Shown one piece after another: positions 35,864-45,632 of a stretch of 64,000 nucleotides of DNA. The stretch comes from an uncultured delta proteobacterium. GTDB lineage: Bacteria > Desulfobacterota > RBG-13-43-22. Below the pieces are notes generated by a model, which did not search any database, was not told the origin of the DNA, and saw only the letters and a list, made by a program, of their open reading frames with translations. Position 1 is the stretch's first letter; each line of letters starts with the position of its first letter. Made by a program: the position numbers and the translations under genes. The stretch is from positions 224,001 through 288,000 of the forward strand of contig CAWJJC010000028.1 in assembly GCA_963843145.1 (NCBI GenBank). Direction: 5' to 3'.

Positions 35864-37801
35864 TTATGTGGTGACCGGCAAGCGCAGCATGACCGTGGTC
35901 CCGTTTCCTTTTTTCCCCTTGATCTCGACGGTTCCACCGACAATCAAAGCCCTTTCCCGCATCCCCACCAACCCCAGGGAATTGGACTGGGCGATCTCTT
36001 CGGCGGAAATTCCCAGCCCGTTGTCCCGGATCGTCAGGACCAGGCCCAGGGCGTCCCTCTTCAGCAAAGCCTCAATCCGGGACGCCCCTGAATGGCGGAC
36101 AACGTTGGTCAGGGATTCCTGAAATATACGGAAAGCGGCTATCGAGAGGGCGGGGTTTAGATCAAGCTGCCGAACGCTTGACCGGAAACGGCAGGTGATC
36201 CCGGTTTTTTTGGCAAACTCCCCGGCCTGCCATTCCAAGGCAGCGACCAGACCGAAATCATCCAGGATCCGGGGCCGCAGTTCGCTGGAAATCCGCCGGA
36301 CGGTTTGCACGGTTTGATCGATCAATTGGCCCATGGCTTGAGCCTTCGCTCTCAGTCCCGTCTGGTCCGGATTGGAATGACGGAGGATCCAGGAGAGATC
36401 CATCTTGAGACCGGTCAGGAGCTGACCCAGGTCATCATGAATTTCCCGGGATATGTTGGCCCGCTCCTCTTCCCGTACCGATTCAAGATGGGCGGAAAGA
36501 GCCCGCAGCCTTTCTTTGGATTTTTTTAAAGCCTCTTCGGACTGCTTGCGCTGAGTGATATCCAACGCATACCCGATCGTACCGGCTACCTTTCCCTCAT
36601 CATTGTAGTACACCAGCTTATCCACGTGGCTCCAGCCAATCTTCCCTGACGGTTTTTGGTGGGTCTCAATGATGCCGAGTTCAGGCGTTTCGGAGTCCAG
36701 AATTCTCCGGTCGGCACTGATGGATTGGTCTGCAATATTAGCGGGAAAGAGGTCGTGATCCCTCTTGCCCAGAATGTCGTCCTCGGCCAGGCCCAGTATC
36801 CGGCAGGCCGCCTTGTTCACGGCCACGTACCTCCCCTCCCAGTCTTTTTGCCAGATCATGGCCGGGACCGTATTGAGAATGAGTTGGAGTTGTTTTTGGC
36901 TCTTCAACAGGGCTTCCTCGGCACGTTTTTGCTCCGTGATGTCAGTGACAATGGCAATATGACAAGTTGGGCCTTTAACATCCAGAACGCGTGCGGACAA
37001 TAGGCCGTTATGTATATCCCCATTTTTGTGTCGGAATCGGAATTCAAGTCCAAGGACTTCCCCGGTCTCTTTTAAGGCGGCAGCAAAAGGATCACGGTCT
37101 TTCTGATCGATCCAAAGAGCCAGATCGCCCGGAAGGGGGGATCGCCCGACAAGTTCCTTCTTGGAATATCCTGTCACTTTGGTGAAACTATCGTTGACGT
37201 CAAGATAGACCCCATCGAAGGTCCGAGAGATAGCTATCGCGTCAGGGCTGGTTTTAAAGATCTTTGAGAATCTCTCCTCGCTCTCACGCAGTGCCTTGTC
37301 AGCTTTCTTGCGTTCGGTGATGTCAAACTCGATTCCATCCCAGCAAATCGATCCGTCAGCCAAGCGTCTGGGGTGAGACATAAACAGAGACCACCTGATC
37401 CCCCCCGTAGGATCCATCATTCTTACTTCGGACCTGAAAGGCGACAGGGTGCGATTGGCTTCCTCTTCTTCTCGGAAGAAACGAATCCGATCTTCCTCAT
37501 GGATCTGACCATAAATGCGACTTGAATCCGCTAATCCCTCTTCCGGTGTAATGCCGTAAAAGCGACGGACCGTGTCGCTCAAATAGGTAAAAACCGTGGT
37601 CCCGTCATTCTTCCGGATGACCTGATAAATCATCCCCGACAGGAGGTTGTTACTGATAGTCTGGATGGTTAATTCCCTGTCCGGCAGTGCATCCAGCGAT
37701 TGCCGGTTCCGGGATTCTAATTTTTCGAAGTCAGCAATCCTCCGGCGGAGCGCTTCCAATTCCTGAATGAGCTGCTCTTTGGTCTTTTTCTGATCGTTCA
37801 T
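35864..37801 (-). CDS. Cytoplasmic multi-PAS sensor histidine kinase (HisKA_3, NarX/UhpB type)
   Basis: Three PAS/PAC units ending DIT, ISREIHDDLGQ, FQESLTNVVRHS, DNG, GLVGMRERA. Confidence 0.92.
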   Translation of the reverse strand: MNDQKKTKEQLIQELEALRRRIADFEKLESRNRQSLDALPDRELTIQTISNNLLSGMIYQVIRKNDGTTVFTYLSDTVRRFYGITPEEGLADSSRIYGQIHEEDRIRFFREEEEANRTLSPFRSEVRMMDPTGGIRWSLFMSHPRRLADGSICWDGIEFDITERKKADKALRESEERFSKIFKTSPDAIAISRTFDGVYLDVNDSFTKVTGYSKKELVGRSPLPGDLALWIDQKDRDPFAAALKETGEVLGLEFRFRHKNGDIHNGLLSARVLDVKGPTCHIAIVTDITEQKRAEEALLKSQKQLQLILNTVPAMIWQKDWEGRYVAVNKAACRILGLAEDDILGKRDHDLFPANIADQSISADRRILDSETPELGIIETHQKPSGKIGWSHVDKLVYYNDEGKVAGTIGYALDITQRKQSEEALKKSKERLRALSAHLESVREEERANISREIHDDLGQLLTGLKMDLSWILRHSNPDQTGLRAKAQAMGQLIDQTVQTVRRISSELRPRILDDFGLVAALEWQAGEFAKKTGITCRFRSSVRQLDLNPALSIAAFRIFQESLTNVVRHSGASRIEALLKRDALGLVLTIRDNGLGISAEEIAQSNSLGLVGMRERALIVGGTVEIKGKKGNGTTVMLRLPVTT

Positions 37802-37805
37802 TGGT

Positions 37806-38759
37806 CTAACCGTCCATGCTGGGAAAATGCTTTTTCAGGCATTCAGGGCAGATGCCATGGCTGAAATCGGCTTGGGAATGCTTTTGGATATAAACCTCCA
37901 CCTGTTCCCAAAACCCTTTATCGTCTCTAATCTTTTTACAATAGGAACATAAAGGCAATATACCTCTTAATGTTTTGATCTCTTTTAATGCGTTTTGAAG
38001 TTCCTGGATGAGTTTTTCCTGTTCTGCTCCTGTTCGTTTGCGCTCGGTGATGTCCCGGCAGATACAGAATATCAGCTTCTGGCCGCGGTAAACTGCGCCA
38101 TTGGTACTGATCTCCATATCGCAGAGCGTGCCGTCTTTGCGACGGTGGCGTGTTTCGAAGTGATCGCCCGTCTCATCGACGGCTTCGATCATGCCCAGCA
38201 GTTGTTCCTTCGTAAATTGAGTGTCCCAATCCCAGATATAAAGCTGTTGGACTTCTTCCATAGAGTAACCCAGCATATGAGCATATTGTTGATTCGCCTC
38301 AAATACCTTGCCGTTTAGGTCGAGGACAACGATCCCGTCCCTTGATTGCTCGACCAGCATACGTCGCCGGGAGATTTCATCCTTAAGAAACTCTTCCGCC
38401 TCTTTGCGCTCGGTAATATCCTTAAGGTGTCCAATGACTCCCGCTGCCTGGCCATCAACCTCTTCAAGCCGAAACATAGAAACTTCAAACCATTCGCTAG
38501 GGCTCCGGGCGGATGGATAAGGGAAAACCAGCCTGTGCGGCTTTCCATTTTCAAGAGCCGTAATAGAGGGGCATTCCAAACAAGCCTCTTGCCTCTGCTG
38601 AAAAATTGTATAGCACTTCTTGCCGGCCAAGGGCATTTTAGAGGCGAACTTTATTTCCATCCAGCGATTGACCCGAACAATGGTAAGATCCCGATCCAGG
38701 ACGAAGATTCCGTCCTGGAGGGCATTAAGCACATTTTCTAATAAACGGTCTTGAGTCAT
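37806..38759 (-). CDS. Dual PAS protein with C-terminal Cys-rich module
   Basis: Two PAS domains, then LRGILPLCSYCKKIRDDKGFW...FSHGICPEC. Confidence 0.85.
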   Translation of the reverse strand: MTQDRLLENVLNALQDGIFVLDRDLTIVRVNRWMEIKFASKMPLAGKKCYTIFQQRQEACLECPSITALENGKPHRLVFPYPSARSPSEWFEVSMFRLEEVDGQAAGVIGHLKDITERKEAEEFLKDEISRRRMLVEQSRDGIVVLDLNGKVFEANQQYAHMLGYSMEEVQQLYIWDWDTQFTKEQLLGMIEAVDETGDHFETRHRRKDGTLCDMEISTNGAVYRGQKLIFCICRDITERKRTGAEQEKLIQELQNALKEIKTLRGILPLCSYCKKIRDDKGFWEQVEVYIQKHSQADFSHGICPECLKKHFPSMDG

Positions 38760-38872
38760 TTTTAACTTCCTTACCTCGACCTTGTCCTGATCAGGACTTT
38801 ACCGGGTCATCATACCCGAAAATAAAAAGATACGCAATTTTGCCTGGGCACTCCTTCTGGCCTGAGCAAGGT

Positions 38873-39060
38873 CTATCCGTTCAACGAGAACGGCCGCCGG
38901 CCATATTTTTTGAGCAGCCCCCGGTCGATTTCTAATCCAAGTCCGGGTCGGGTAAAGGGCTGCAGCATCCCGTTGGCATCGGGCAGTATGGGGGCGGATG
39001 ATGCCTTCGCGGTACCGCGGTATCCAGGAAGGCTCTTCCAGGGGGTATTCCAGGGGCAGG
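38873..39060 (-). pseudogene. C-terminal fragment of a mandelate racemase/enolase-superfamily gene
   Basis: PLEYPLEEPSWIPRYREGII, frameshift, then PILPDANGMLQPFTRPGLGLEIDRGLLKKYG. Confidence 0.55.
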
Positions 39061-39222
39061 ACGTTGTCCGGTAGAGTTCGATCAACGAAATTTTCAAATA
39101 GATTCTCCTTGGCCCGCTTGTCTTTCAGCGCCTTTTATGACGATGGGGGCTGGCTGAATACTCAATGGGTTATCCCCCCTTCTGGTCTTCCATCAGTTTT
39201 GCGAAGGTTATCTGACCGCTAC

Positions 39223-40287
39223 TCATGACCGCCGTTTCAGCTCTTTGATATCCCGAAAACCGACAAGCTTATTCTTGTCTTCATCCCAGAGGCTCAGGAA
39301 GAGGGCGTCCAAGCTTCTACGGAGGGTAAGCCCCTTTACGTGCAATTCCTTCGTTTCAGCGTAGCACTTGGGAAGGTTGTAGTTGGGGATACGGGGACGC
39401 ACGTGATGGGCGTGATGGAATCCGATGTTTCCGGTGGCCCATTGAAGGATAGGAGGGAGCTTGTAGTAAGAGGCGCCCCTTAAGGAGGCCGTCAGATGGT
39501 TCCACTCTTTCTGGCGGACGAAATAGGTGCCCGGAAAATTATGCTGGAGATAGAAGATCCAAACACCAAAAGTCCCGGCAATGAGGGCGATCGGCATTTG
39601 AATAAGGAGGTATTCCCTGATGCCTATGGTGTACCAGGCCGTAATGACAATAGCGGCGATGGCCAGGTCTGTGAAGTATACGCTTCGTCGCCTTTTTAGA
39701 TCGTCATCGCGATGGGGAAACCGGTATAGTATGATAAAGGTATAAAAATAACCGAGACCGAACATGATGAAGGGATTCCGATATAAGCGGTACTTGATCC
39801 GCTGCGACAGTGAAGCCCCGAGATACTCATCTACAGTCATTATCCTTACCGCTCCGGGACCGCGGCGGTCAAGATTCGCAATGCTGGCATGATGAAGGGC
39901 GTGGTCATGCCTCCATTGCTCGAAGGGCGTAAAGGTTAGTATGCCGCAAACATAGGCCAAGAGGGTATTCGCTTTCTTGTTCCGGAAAAAGGAACCGTGG
40001 CCACAATCGTGGAAAAAGATAAAGATCCGGATATAGAAGGGAACGGCAATCAAAGCCAGCAGGAAAGTGGCCCAGTAGGAGACGCCCAGTCTGATGGTCA
40101 CCAATATCAGCGAGAGCAGTAAAAAGTAGGGTACAAACGTGCCGACCATTTGTTCAATCGCCAGCCCCAGATTGGGATTGTCGTAGCGGGACAGATTTTT
40201 GACCCATTCCGGGCTTTCTTCCGTCCTGTCAAATTTTCTTGGAGCAGCCGATTTATCGGATCTTAAATCGATTCCCTTCTGTTTCAT
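39223..40287 (-). CDS. Membrane fatty acid desaturase (Bacillus Des-like)
   Basis: His boxes HDCGH, HALHH and HHAHH; FYLQH; RIPNYNL. Confidence 0.9.
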   Translation of the reverse strand: MKQKGIDLRSDKSAAPRKFDRTEESPEWVKNLSRYDNPNLGLAIEQMVGTFVPYFLLLSLILVTIRLGVSYWATFLLALIAVPFYIRIFIFFHDCGHGSFFRNKKANTLLAYVCGILTFTPFEQWRHDHALHHASIANLDRRGPGAVRIMTVDEYLGASLSQRIKYRLYRNPFIMFGLGYFYTFIILYRFPHRDDDLKRRRSVYFTDLAIAAIVITAWYTIGIREYLLIQMPIALIAGTFGVWIFYLQHNFPGTYFVRQKEWNHLTASLRGASYYKLPPILQWATGNIGFHHAHHVRPRIPNYNLPKCYAETKELHVKGLTLRRSLDALFLSLWDEDKNKLVGFRDIKELKRRS

Positions 40288-40579
40288 CTGTCCTCACTCT
40301 TAAGAATCTCAAACATAGGTCAATTGTGGTCTCACGGCTACAAGTTGTCAAGCAGGGAACTTCTAAAAAAGTTCGATTTTCGTTATTTAAATCTAAGGCA
40401 GGGGCAGGCTTTACCGAAAGCTTTCGTTAATGCTGAGGAAGTTAGTGAACCCAGTGAACAACGTCCCTCTGCCCCTACCACAATCTTCAAGCAAATGCCG
40501 AAAACAGAGTTAATAAATACTTAGAAAATTTGGAGAGGTTTCCGGAAAGCCTAGTTCCCGACATAATAAATAAGTGAGG

Positions 40580-42160
40580 CTAAAAAAAAGGCAGAAGTCC
40601 CTTTCCTCGGAGCATTCTGATATCCGTCAAGGCTTCTTTCTCTGTTTGGTACGGTGCGGCTTCCACACGATACCAGGATTTACGGTGAGAAACTTTTTTA
40701 GGTTGGACGGCTATTCTTTTGCCCGGCAAGGCGAGGCCGTTTCTGAAGAGCGCTACCTGGCTAAGACTTGAAAAGGTTCCCAAGTGGATGCGGATTGTTT
40801 TGTCCGGCGCCTGCGCCAGTAACGCTTCTTCCTTTAATTCCGGAAGGTGTATCTCCTGGTTCACCAGAATGAGATCGGCGTTGGTAATGGAAGGATTGCG
40901 GGTTAAAATCAAATCGACCAGGGATTCATTGGATTTGCCGTAATACTGAAAGGCCAGTTTAGACAAGGTCTGCCCTTTGGTTACCTTTATCGTCCGGGAT
41001 ATCGACTTCCCGGACCTATAGTCACCCCCTTCCGGGGATTCCCCCCGGGTGGCGTTCTTATCGGTGTCAGGTGCGACCGTCAGGACCTCGTGTTTTTCCG
41101 TCGGCTCGGCCTTGGGGGACGGACTTAATTCGGCCGGAGGTTCCCTCCCTTCGGCGGATTTTTTGATTTCCCGCGGAATTTTCGATGGGATCATGCGGTT
41201 TGCCAAATCGGGGCCCGTCCAATACAGGAAAACGCCCACAGCCAGGCCCGCTAAAACGATCAGCCCATACCGGAAAGCCGGGATTGATAGTACCCGCCGG
41301 GAAGGCTCCTCCCCGGAAATCCTGCCCCGCATTTTTCTTTTGACGTCCGGACCCTCGAGGTTTCCGATTATCTCCCGGATGACCCCGACCTCAATCCTCT
41401 TTAGAGATTCGCTGTATCCGGCCAGGAAGGCGTTCTCACAGATGATGTTGATGACCCTGGGAATGCCGCGGGCATATTTGGCTATGAGGGACAGGGCTTG
41501 GGGGGAAAAAACGGCGGCGGAACTGCTCCCGGCAATTCTGAGCCGATGCTCTATATATCCCAATGATTCCTTTTCGGAAAGAGGACTGATTTTCACCCGC
41601 AGGACGGGAACCTTTGGGCGATATCGCATCAGGGCGTTATCCAGCAGGGTATCGAGCTCGGGCTGCCCGACCAGGACCAACTGGAAAACCTCCGGAATCC
41701 ATGACTCGCATTCGAAAAGGGAAAAAAGTTCTTTGATCACCTCCCCGGAAAGTTTCTGGGCTTCATCGATGAAGACGGCGAATATTTCCCCCCGCTCCTT
41801 CAATTCGCTCATGTAGGAAACAAGATGATTCTTTAGTCCGCCGATTCCACCTGTGATTCCCGTTTCGCCCAGTTCATTTAAAATTTCTTCCAGCAATTCC
41901 TTGAAGTTGTAGGTCGGGTGGAAAATCAGGGCGGTTTTTGTCTTTTCAAGGAGCCTTCCCAGGAGACCGTGAATTAAAATGGTTTTGCCGGTTCCAACCT
42001 CCCCGGTCAGGACGATCAGCCTTTTCCGGTTTTCTAAACCCCCCAGGACGGTCCCCAGGGCATCCCTGTGGCCGGGGGTGAGGAAAAGAAACTTTAGGTC
42101 CGGTGATAATTCAAAGGGTTTTTCAGAAAAATCGTAATAATCTAAATACATAGCTGGCAT
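40580..42160 (-). CDS. ExeA/GspA-like AAA ATPase with TM helix, LysM and SPOR-like domains
   Basis: YYDFSEKPF, GEVGTGKT, IDEAQ, LVGQPEL, GIPRVIN; KGQTLSKLA...YG (LysM). Confidence 0.85.
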   Translation of the reverse strand: MPAMYLDYYDFSEKPFELSPDLKFLFLTPGHRDALGTVLGGLENRKRLIVLTGEVGTGKTILIHGLLGRLLEKTKTALIFHPTYNFKELLEEILNELGETGITGGIGGLKNHLVSYMSELKERGEIFAVFIDEAQKLSGEVIKELFSLFECESWIPEVFQLVLVGQPELDTLLDNALMRYRPKVPVLRVKISPLSEKESLGYIEHRLRIAGSSSAAVFSPQALSLIAKYARGIPRVINIICENAFLAGYSESLKRIEVGVIREIIGNLEGPDVKRKMRGRISGEEPSRRVLSIPAFRYGLIVLAGLAVGVFLYWTGPDLANRMIPSKIPREIKKSAEGREPPAELSPSPKAEPTEKHEVLTVAPDTDKNATRGESPEGGDYRSGKSISRTIKVTKGQTLSKLAFQYYGKSNESLVDLILTRNPSITNADLILVNQEIHLPELKEEALLAQAPDKTIRIHLGTFSSLSQVALFRNGLALPGKRIAVQPKKVSHRKSWYRVEAAPYQTEKEALTDIRMLRGKGLLPFF

Positions 42161-42444
42161 CTGTCTCTTTTGGGGTACCCCACGATGAACTCACGATCAG
42201 TAATGAGATAATGGGGCTTTATCCGAAACCATTCCCCGTGAGTCGTCCGGAAAAGATGGCCTATTCTAACACATGGAAAAGGGGACATCACTTCATTCAG
42301 TTGTGATTTCCGTATCTATTCTTTTAATTGCCATAGCCATCTCTGGTCGTCCCACTCCCAACCTGGCGAGGGATCGCAGCCATAAGCACCCCAAGTAATT
42401 CTTGAATGAAGAAATTGCTTTCTACGGCCATTTGCCCGACCCCC

Positions 42445-42762
42445 TCAATGATTCAGAATCTGTTCCCGAAGCGCCTCGCTGAATTCTTTCAGATCGGAAT
42501 CTTGGATGAGTCCGCGGTGGTGCATGAGGAGAAGATACCACTGCATTTTCGAACGCGAATGACCGTCGAGGCAATCGGTCAAGACCTTGGCTTCTTCTTT
42601 TATCTTCTTCTTTGCATCCCAAAACCGCACGGTGTAGGTCTTACTTTCGTCTGCAAGAATGCCGATGATCTCCTTATTTTTCTTCAAGAGATAGCGCTCT
42701 CGCCACTCGGGGACGCGTTTTCGAAAAGTCTTCCAGTCAGATTCCAAAGGTCCTCTCTCCAT
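42445..42762 (-). CDS. Small conserved-looking hypothetical protein
   Basis: 105 aa, SD GAGG, ESDWKTFRKRVPEWRERYL...SRSKM. Confidence 0.6.
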   Translation of the reverse strand: MERGPLESDWKTFRKRVPEWRERYLLKKNKEIIGILADESKTYTVRFWDAKKKIKEEAKVLTDCLDGHSRSKMQWYLLLMHHRGLIQDSDLKEFSEALREQILNH

Positions 42763-42833
42763 CTTTTCCTCTATATCTCACGATTGGAGATCGGCTGTGT
42801 ATATCGTGGCCGTTGATCGTGCGGTTCCAACCG

Positions 42834-42940
42834 TTTGGCCGGTTTAACCTTCTTTTCCAGGTCGCCTTCCCGGAGGATCATCATCCGCTGGGCCTGGGAG
42901 GAGCCGGCGCCGTGCAAGGACTCCACCAGGGCCGTGCCGC
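42834..42940 (-). repeat. 107-bp degenerate direct copy of the near-3' part of the abfD gene (43791-43897)
   Basis: Manual alignment gives 5 mismatches in 107 nt and no gaps. Confidence 0.9.
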
Positions 42941-42942
42941 TT

Positions 42943-43473
42943 TTACTGTTTTTGGATGATCTCTTTCAAATCCGGATCAAGCAATTCCCAAAGGTGGAGG
43001 TGGCTTTCTACTAAACGGGCAATGTCGCCCAGGTCTTTAAATTTTTTGCTTTGTCTTCTTTCCGTATCTCGCCAGGCTTTGATTTTTCCGCGCAAGGTGT
43101 CGTTCAAAGACGCAACCCGCATGAGGATCCCGTGTATATCTGCTGGAACGGATCGACTCGGGAAATCTTTGTAGAAATCCTCCGTACTCAACTGAAGACC
43201 GACCTTTGAACTACCACGAAAATTGACTGACCAGGGAAAACGTTCCGCTTTGAATCCGGCTTCCTCGAGGAGTTTCGTTGCCAGGTCCACTTTTTCTGCC
43301 GCCACTACGAAATCAACATCTTGGGTGACCATGGCTTCAACCGCCCAATGATTAACAGCGATGCCGCCAATCGCACACCAGGAAAGATCTGCGCGCTCGA
43401 GACAATCAACCAGACGCATGACATCGTCTGTGCCGCCGGCTGTCTGCCAATCAAAAAATTGTTTTGGGGTCAT
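42943..43473 (-). CDS. Nucleotidyltransferase-fold protein (AbiEii/DUF6036-like)
   Basis: AIGGIAVN...TQDVDFVV...K...KDLGDI. Confidence 0.75.
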   Translation of the reverse strand: MTPKQFFDWQTAGGTDDVMRLVDCLERADLSWCAIGGIAVNHWAVEAMVTQDVDFVVAAEKVDLATKLLEEAGFKAERFPWSVNFRGSSKVGLQLSTEDFYKDFPSRSVPADIHGILMRVASLNDTLRGKIKAWRDTERRQSKKFKDLGDIARLVESHLHLWELLDPDLKEIIQKQ

Positions 43474-43521
43474 GTGGCGATCCTTGGGACTCCAGGAAAG
43501 TTGTTCATTTTATTCAGTTAA

Positions 43522-43674
43522 TAACGGTCTCTTTATTATTTTTGCATATAATTTCTCGTCATCCCCGAATGTCTTTATCGGGGATCCAGTGTTTCCCGAG
43601 AAAAACCTGGATTCCCGCTCAAAAGCCCCGCGGGAATGACGCCCTACGATGTTGGTTCTATTTTGAGACCGTTA
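43522..43674 (-). mobile_element. MITE-like element with 10-bp terminal inverted repeats enclosing a REP-like double hairpin
   Basis: TAACGGTCTC (43522-43531) and GAGACCGTTA (43665-43674); homologous to 4598-4736. Confidence 0.72.
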
Positions 43675-43699
43675 ACAATATCTTCTCCTCGGCGCCTCG

Positions 43700-43736
43700 G
43701 AAAAGAAGGGGAGACGGGATGCTCTTCCCCTCTTTC
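43700..43736 (-). terminator. Probable intrinsic terminator after abfD
   Basis: Imperfect stem AAGAAGGGGA / TCCCCTCTTT followed by a T-rich run on the minus strand. Confidence 0.45.
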
Positions 43737-45212
43737 TTAAGCGCGAACCTCCACCTTCTTGGCCCGGGTAGGCGGGATCCCGGCCAGGGCTTTGGCCAGT
43801 TTCACCTTCTTTTCCAGGTCGCCTTCCCGGAGGATCATCACCCGCTGGGCCTGGGGGGAGCCGGCGCCGTGCATGGACTCCACCAGGGCCGTGCCGCCGG
43901 TCATGGCCTCGATCAGGCGGCCGATCTTGATGCGGTCTTCAGTGGGGATATTGGCTACCCCGGAGAAGTATTTTTTCACCAGGTGGCCCACGTCTTCGCT
44001 GCGCAAGTCGTATTCGCTGGGCATGGTGGCCAGAAATCCGCCGGCCAGATCGGCGGCCAGGCGGGCCACTTCGAAATGGAAGCGGGTCACGTTCTGTTTG
44101 CAGACGTTGGCCAGCATGGTGTCCACCAGGAAGGCCCCGGAGGGTGTGGGTTTGCCTTCGGCCGAGCAGGCGATGGAGGAGCTGTAGAGGGTCTCGGAAA
44201 GGTGGATCATTTCGGTGATCTTGTCCTTGACATGGGAGGCCTTGGCCGTGCCCTGGATCTGGGTCAGATAGGCCACGGCGCCGGTCAGTACGTCGATCAG
44301 GCCGGTCTTGCAGGCCCCGTAATTGGCCCGGTGGTGGGCGGCGAAGCGGTAGACCAGCAAGCTGGTAAAATCCGTTTCGCCGTTCATAAAGACCCGCTCC
44401 CAGGGGACGAAGACATCTTCAAAGGCAATCACCGCTTCTCCCCCCACCGCGGCAAACGTGGGTTTCCCGGAATCCAGCCGTTCTTTCTTATCCCGCCGGT
44501 CGTCATTGGCCTGGCGGCCGAAAATCATGGTCACCCCCGGGGCATTGGCCGGGATCGCGCAGACCACGGCGTAGTCTTTGGACTTCTCATCCATGGCCGT
44601 GGTGGGCATGACCAGGATCTCGTGGGAGTTGACCCCGCCGGTCATGTGCAGCTTGGCGCCGCGGAGGACGATGCCATCGGCCCGCCGCTCCACGATATGG
44701 AGATACTGATCGGGATCGACCTGATCGGCCGGCCCTTTGGAGCGGTCGCCCTTGGGATCGGTCATGGCGCCGACCACCATCCGATTTTCGTCCTGGATGT
44801 AGATCAGCCATTTTTTGAATCGTTCAAGATAGTCGGTGCCGTATTTCTGGTCGATTTCAAAGGTCACGGAATAGACGGCATTGATCCCATCCAATCCCAC
44901 GCAACGTTGGAAACAGGTGCCGGTCTTTTGGCCCAGCACCCGGAGTAGCTTTACCTTTTTAATCAAGTCCTCCATATTCTGGTGTACATGGGTAAAGCGG
45001 CTGATGGTTTTTCCGGTCAGATGGGAAGTGGCCGTGGCCAGGTCCCTGTATTTCGGGTCGTTAGCCAGGGAATAGGTCATGGCCGCCGAGCGGACATGGG
45101 GCGCCGTAGCCGGGTGCTTGGTGACGTCCTTGATCCGTTTCCCTTTATAGTAAACGACGTGATTCAGTTCCCGAAGGCTTTTCAGATAGTCTTGCGCGGT
45201 TTTGATTTTCAT
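43737..45212 (-). CDS. abfD: 4-hydroxybutyryl-CoA dehydratase/vinylacetyl-CoA isomerase-like protein
   Basis: QKTGTCFQRCVGLD, AMTDPKGDRS, HHRANYGACK, ESMHGAGSPQAQR; the 4Fe-4S Cys/His ligand motifs are present. Confidence 0.85.
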   Translation of the reverse strand: MKIKTAQDYLKSLRELNHVVYYKGKRIKDVTKHPATAPHVRSAAMTYSLANDPKYRDLATATSHLTGKTISRFTHVHQNMEDLIKKVKLLRVLGQKTGTCFQRCVGLDGINAVYSVTFEIDQKYGTDYLERFKKWLIYIQDENRMVVGAMTDPKGDRSKGPADQVDPDQYLHIVERRADGIVLRGAKLHMTGGVNSHEILVMPTTAMDEKSKDYAVVCAIPANAPGVTMIFGRQANDDRRDKKERLDSGKPTFAAVGGEAVIAFEDVFVPWERVFMNGETDFTSLLVYRFAAHHRANYGACKTGLIDVLTGAVAYLTQIQGTAKASHVKDKITEMIHLSETLYSSSIACSAEGKPTPSGAFLVDTMLANVCKQNVTRFHFEVARLAADLAGGFLATMPSEYDLRSEDVGHLVKKYFSGVANIPTEDRIKIGRLIEAMTGGTALVESMHGAGSPQAQRVMILREGDLEKKVKLAKALAGIPPTRAKKVEVRA

Positions 45213-45371
45213 GGCTTATATCCTTTTCTGTTTTATTATCTCCAAGTTGTTCCTAACCTAAAAAAAACATAGGTTTTTTTGATCTAAAAAGCAAGTTTTT
45301 TGGGGGAATAGAACCAGGAGAAGGGGAGTTATAATTTTTCTTGACAACTTGACCAATAAATATCAATATCC

Positions 45372-45632
45372 ATGAATAGGAGAAAGAAAATAATGGAGAC
45401 CATAGCGATTGGTGAATTGAAAGCCAATTTTTCAGCCATTCTGGGGCGAGTCAAAAAAGGGGAAAGAATAGTCATCGGTTTTGGGAAGAAAAAGGAAAAG
45501 GTAGCGGTGCTAATGCCCTATGTGAACGGTAAACCCAAAAAAAGTCGAAAACTCGGATTGCTCAAAGGGAAGTCCGGTTACGCGATCAAAGAGGATTTTC
45601 AAATCAGGGACGAAGAACTCCTTTCTCTATGA
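45372..45632 (+). CDS. Phd/YefM-family antitoxin
   Basis: IAIGELKANFSAILGRVKKGERIVI...RKLGLLKG; overlaps the PIN toxin start (ATGA). Confidence 0.88.
   Translation: MNRRKKIMETIAIGELKANFSAILGRVKKGERIVIGFGKKKEKVAVLMPYVNGKPKKSRKLGLLKGKSGYAIKEDFQIRDEELLSL

Noticed and set aside
43464-44948. 494-aa plus-strand ORF
   Set aside because: Antisense shadow of the GC-rich abfD gene with no recognisable motif. The same applies to the other long antisense ORFs, such as 9404-10441, 50288-51208, 51496-52374 and 63007-63966.
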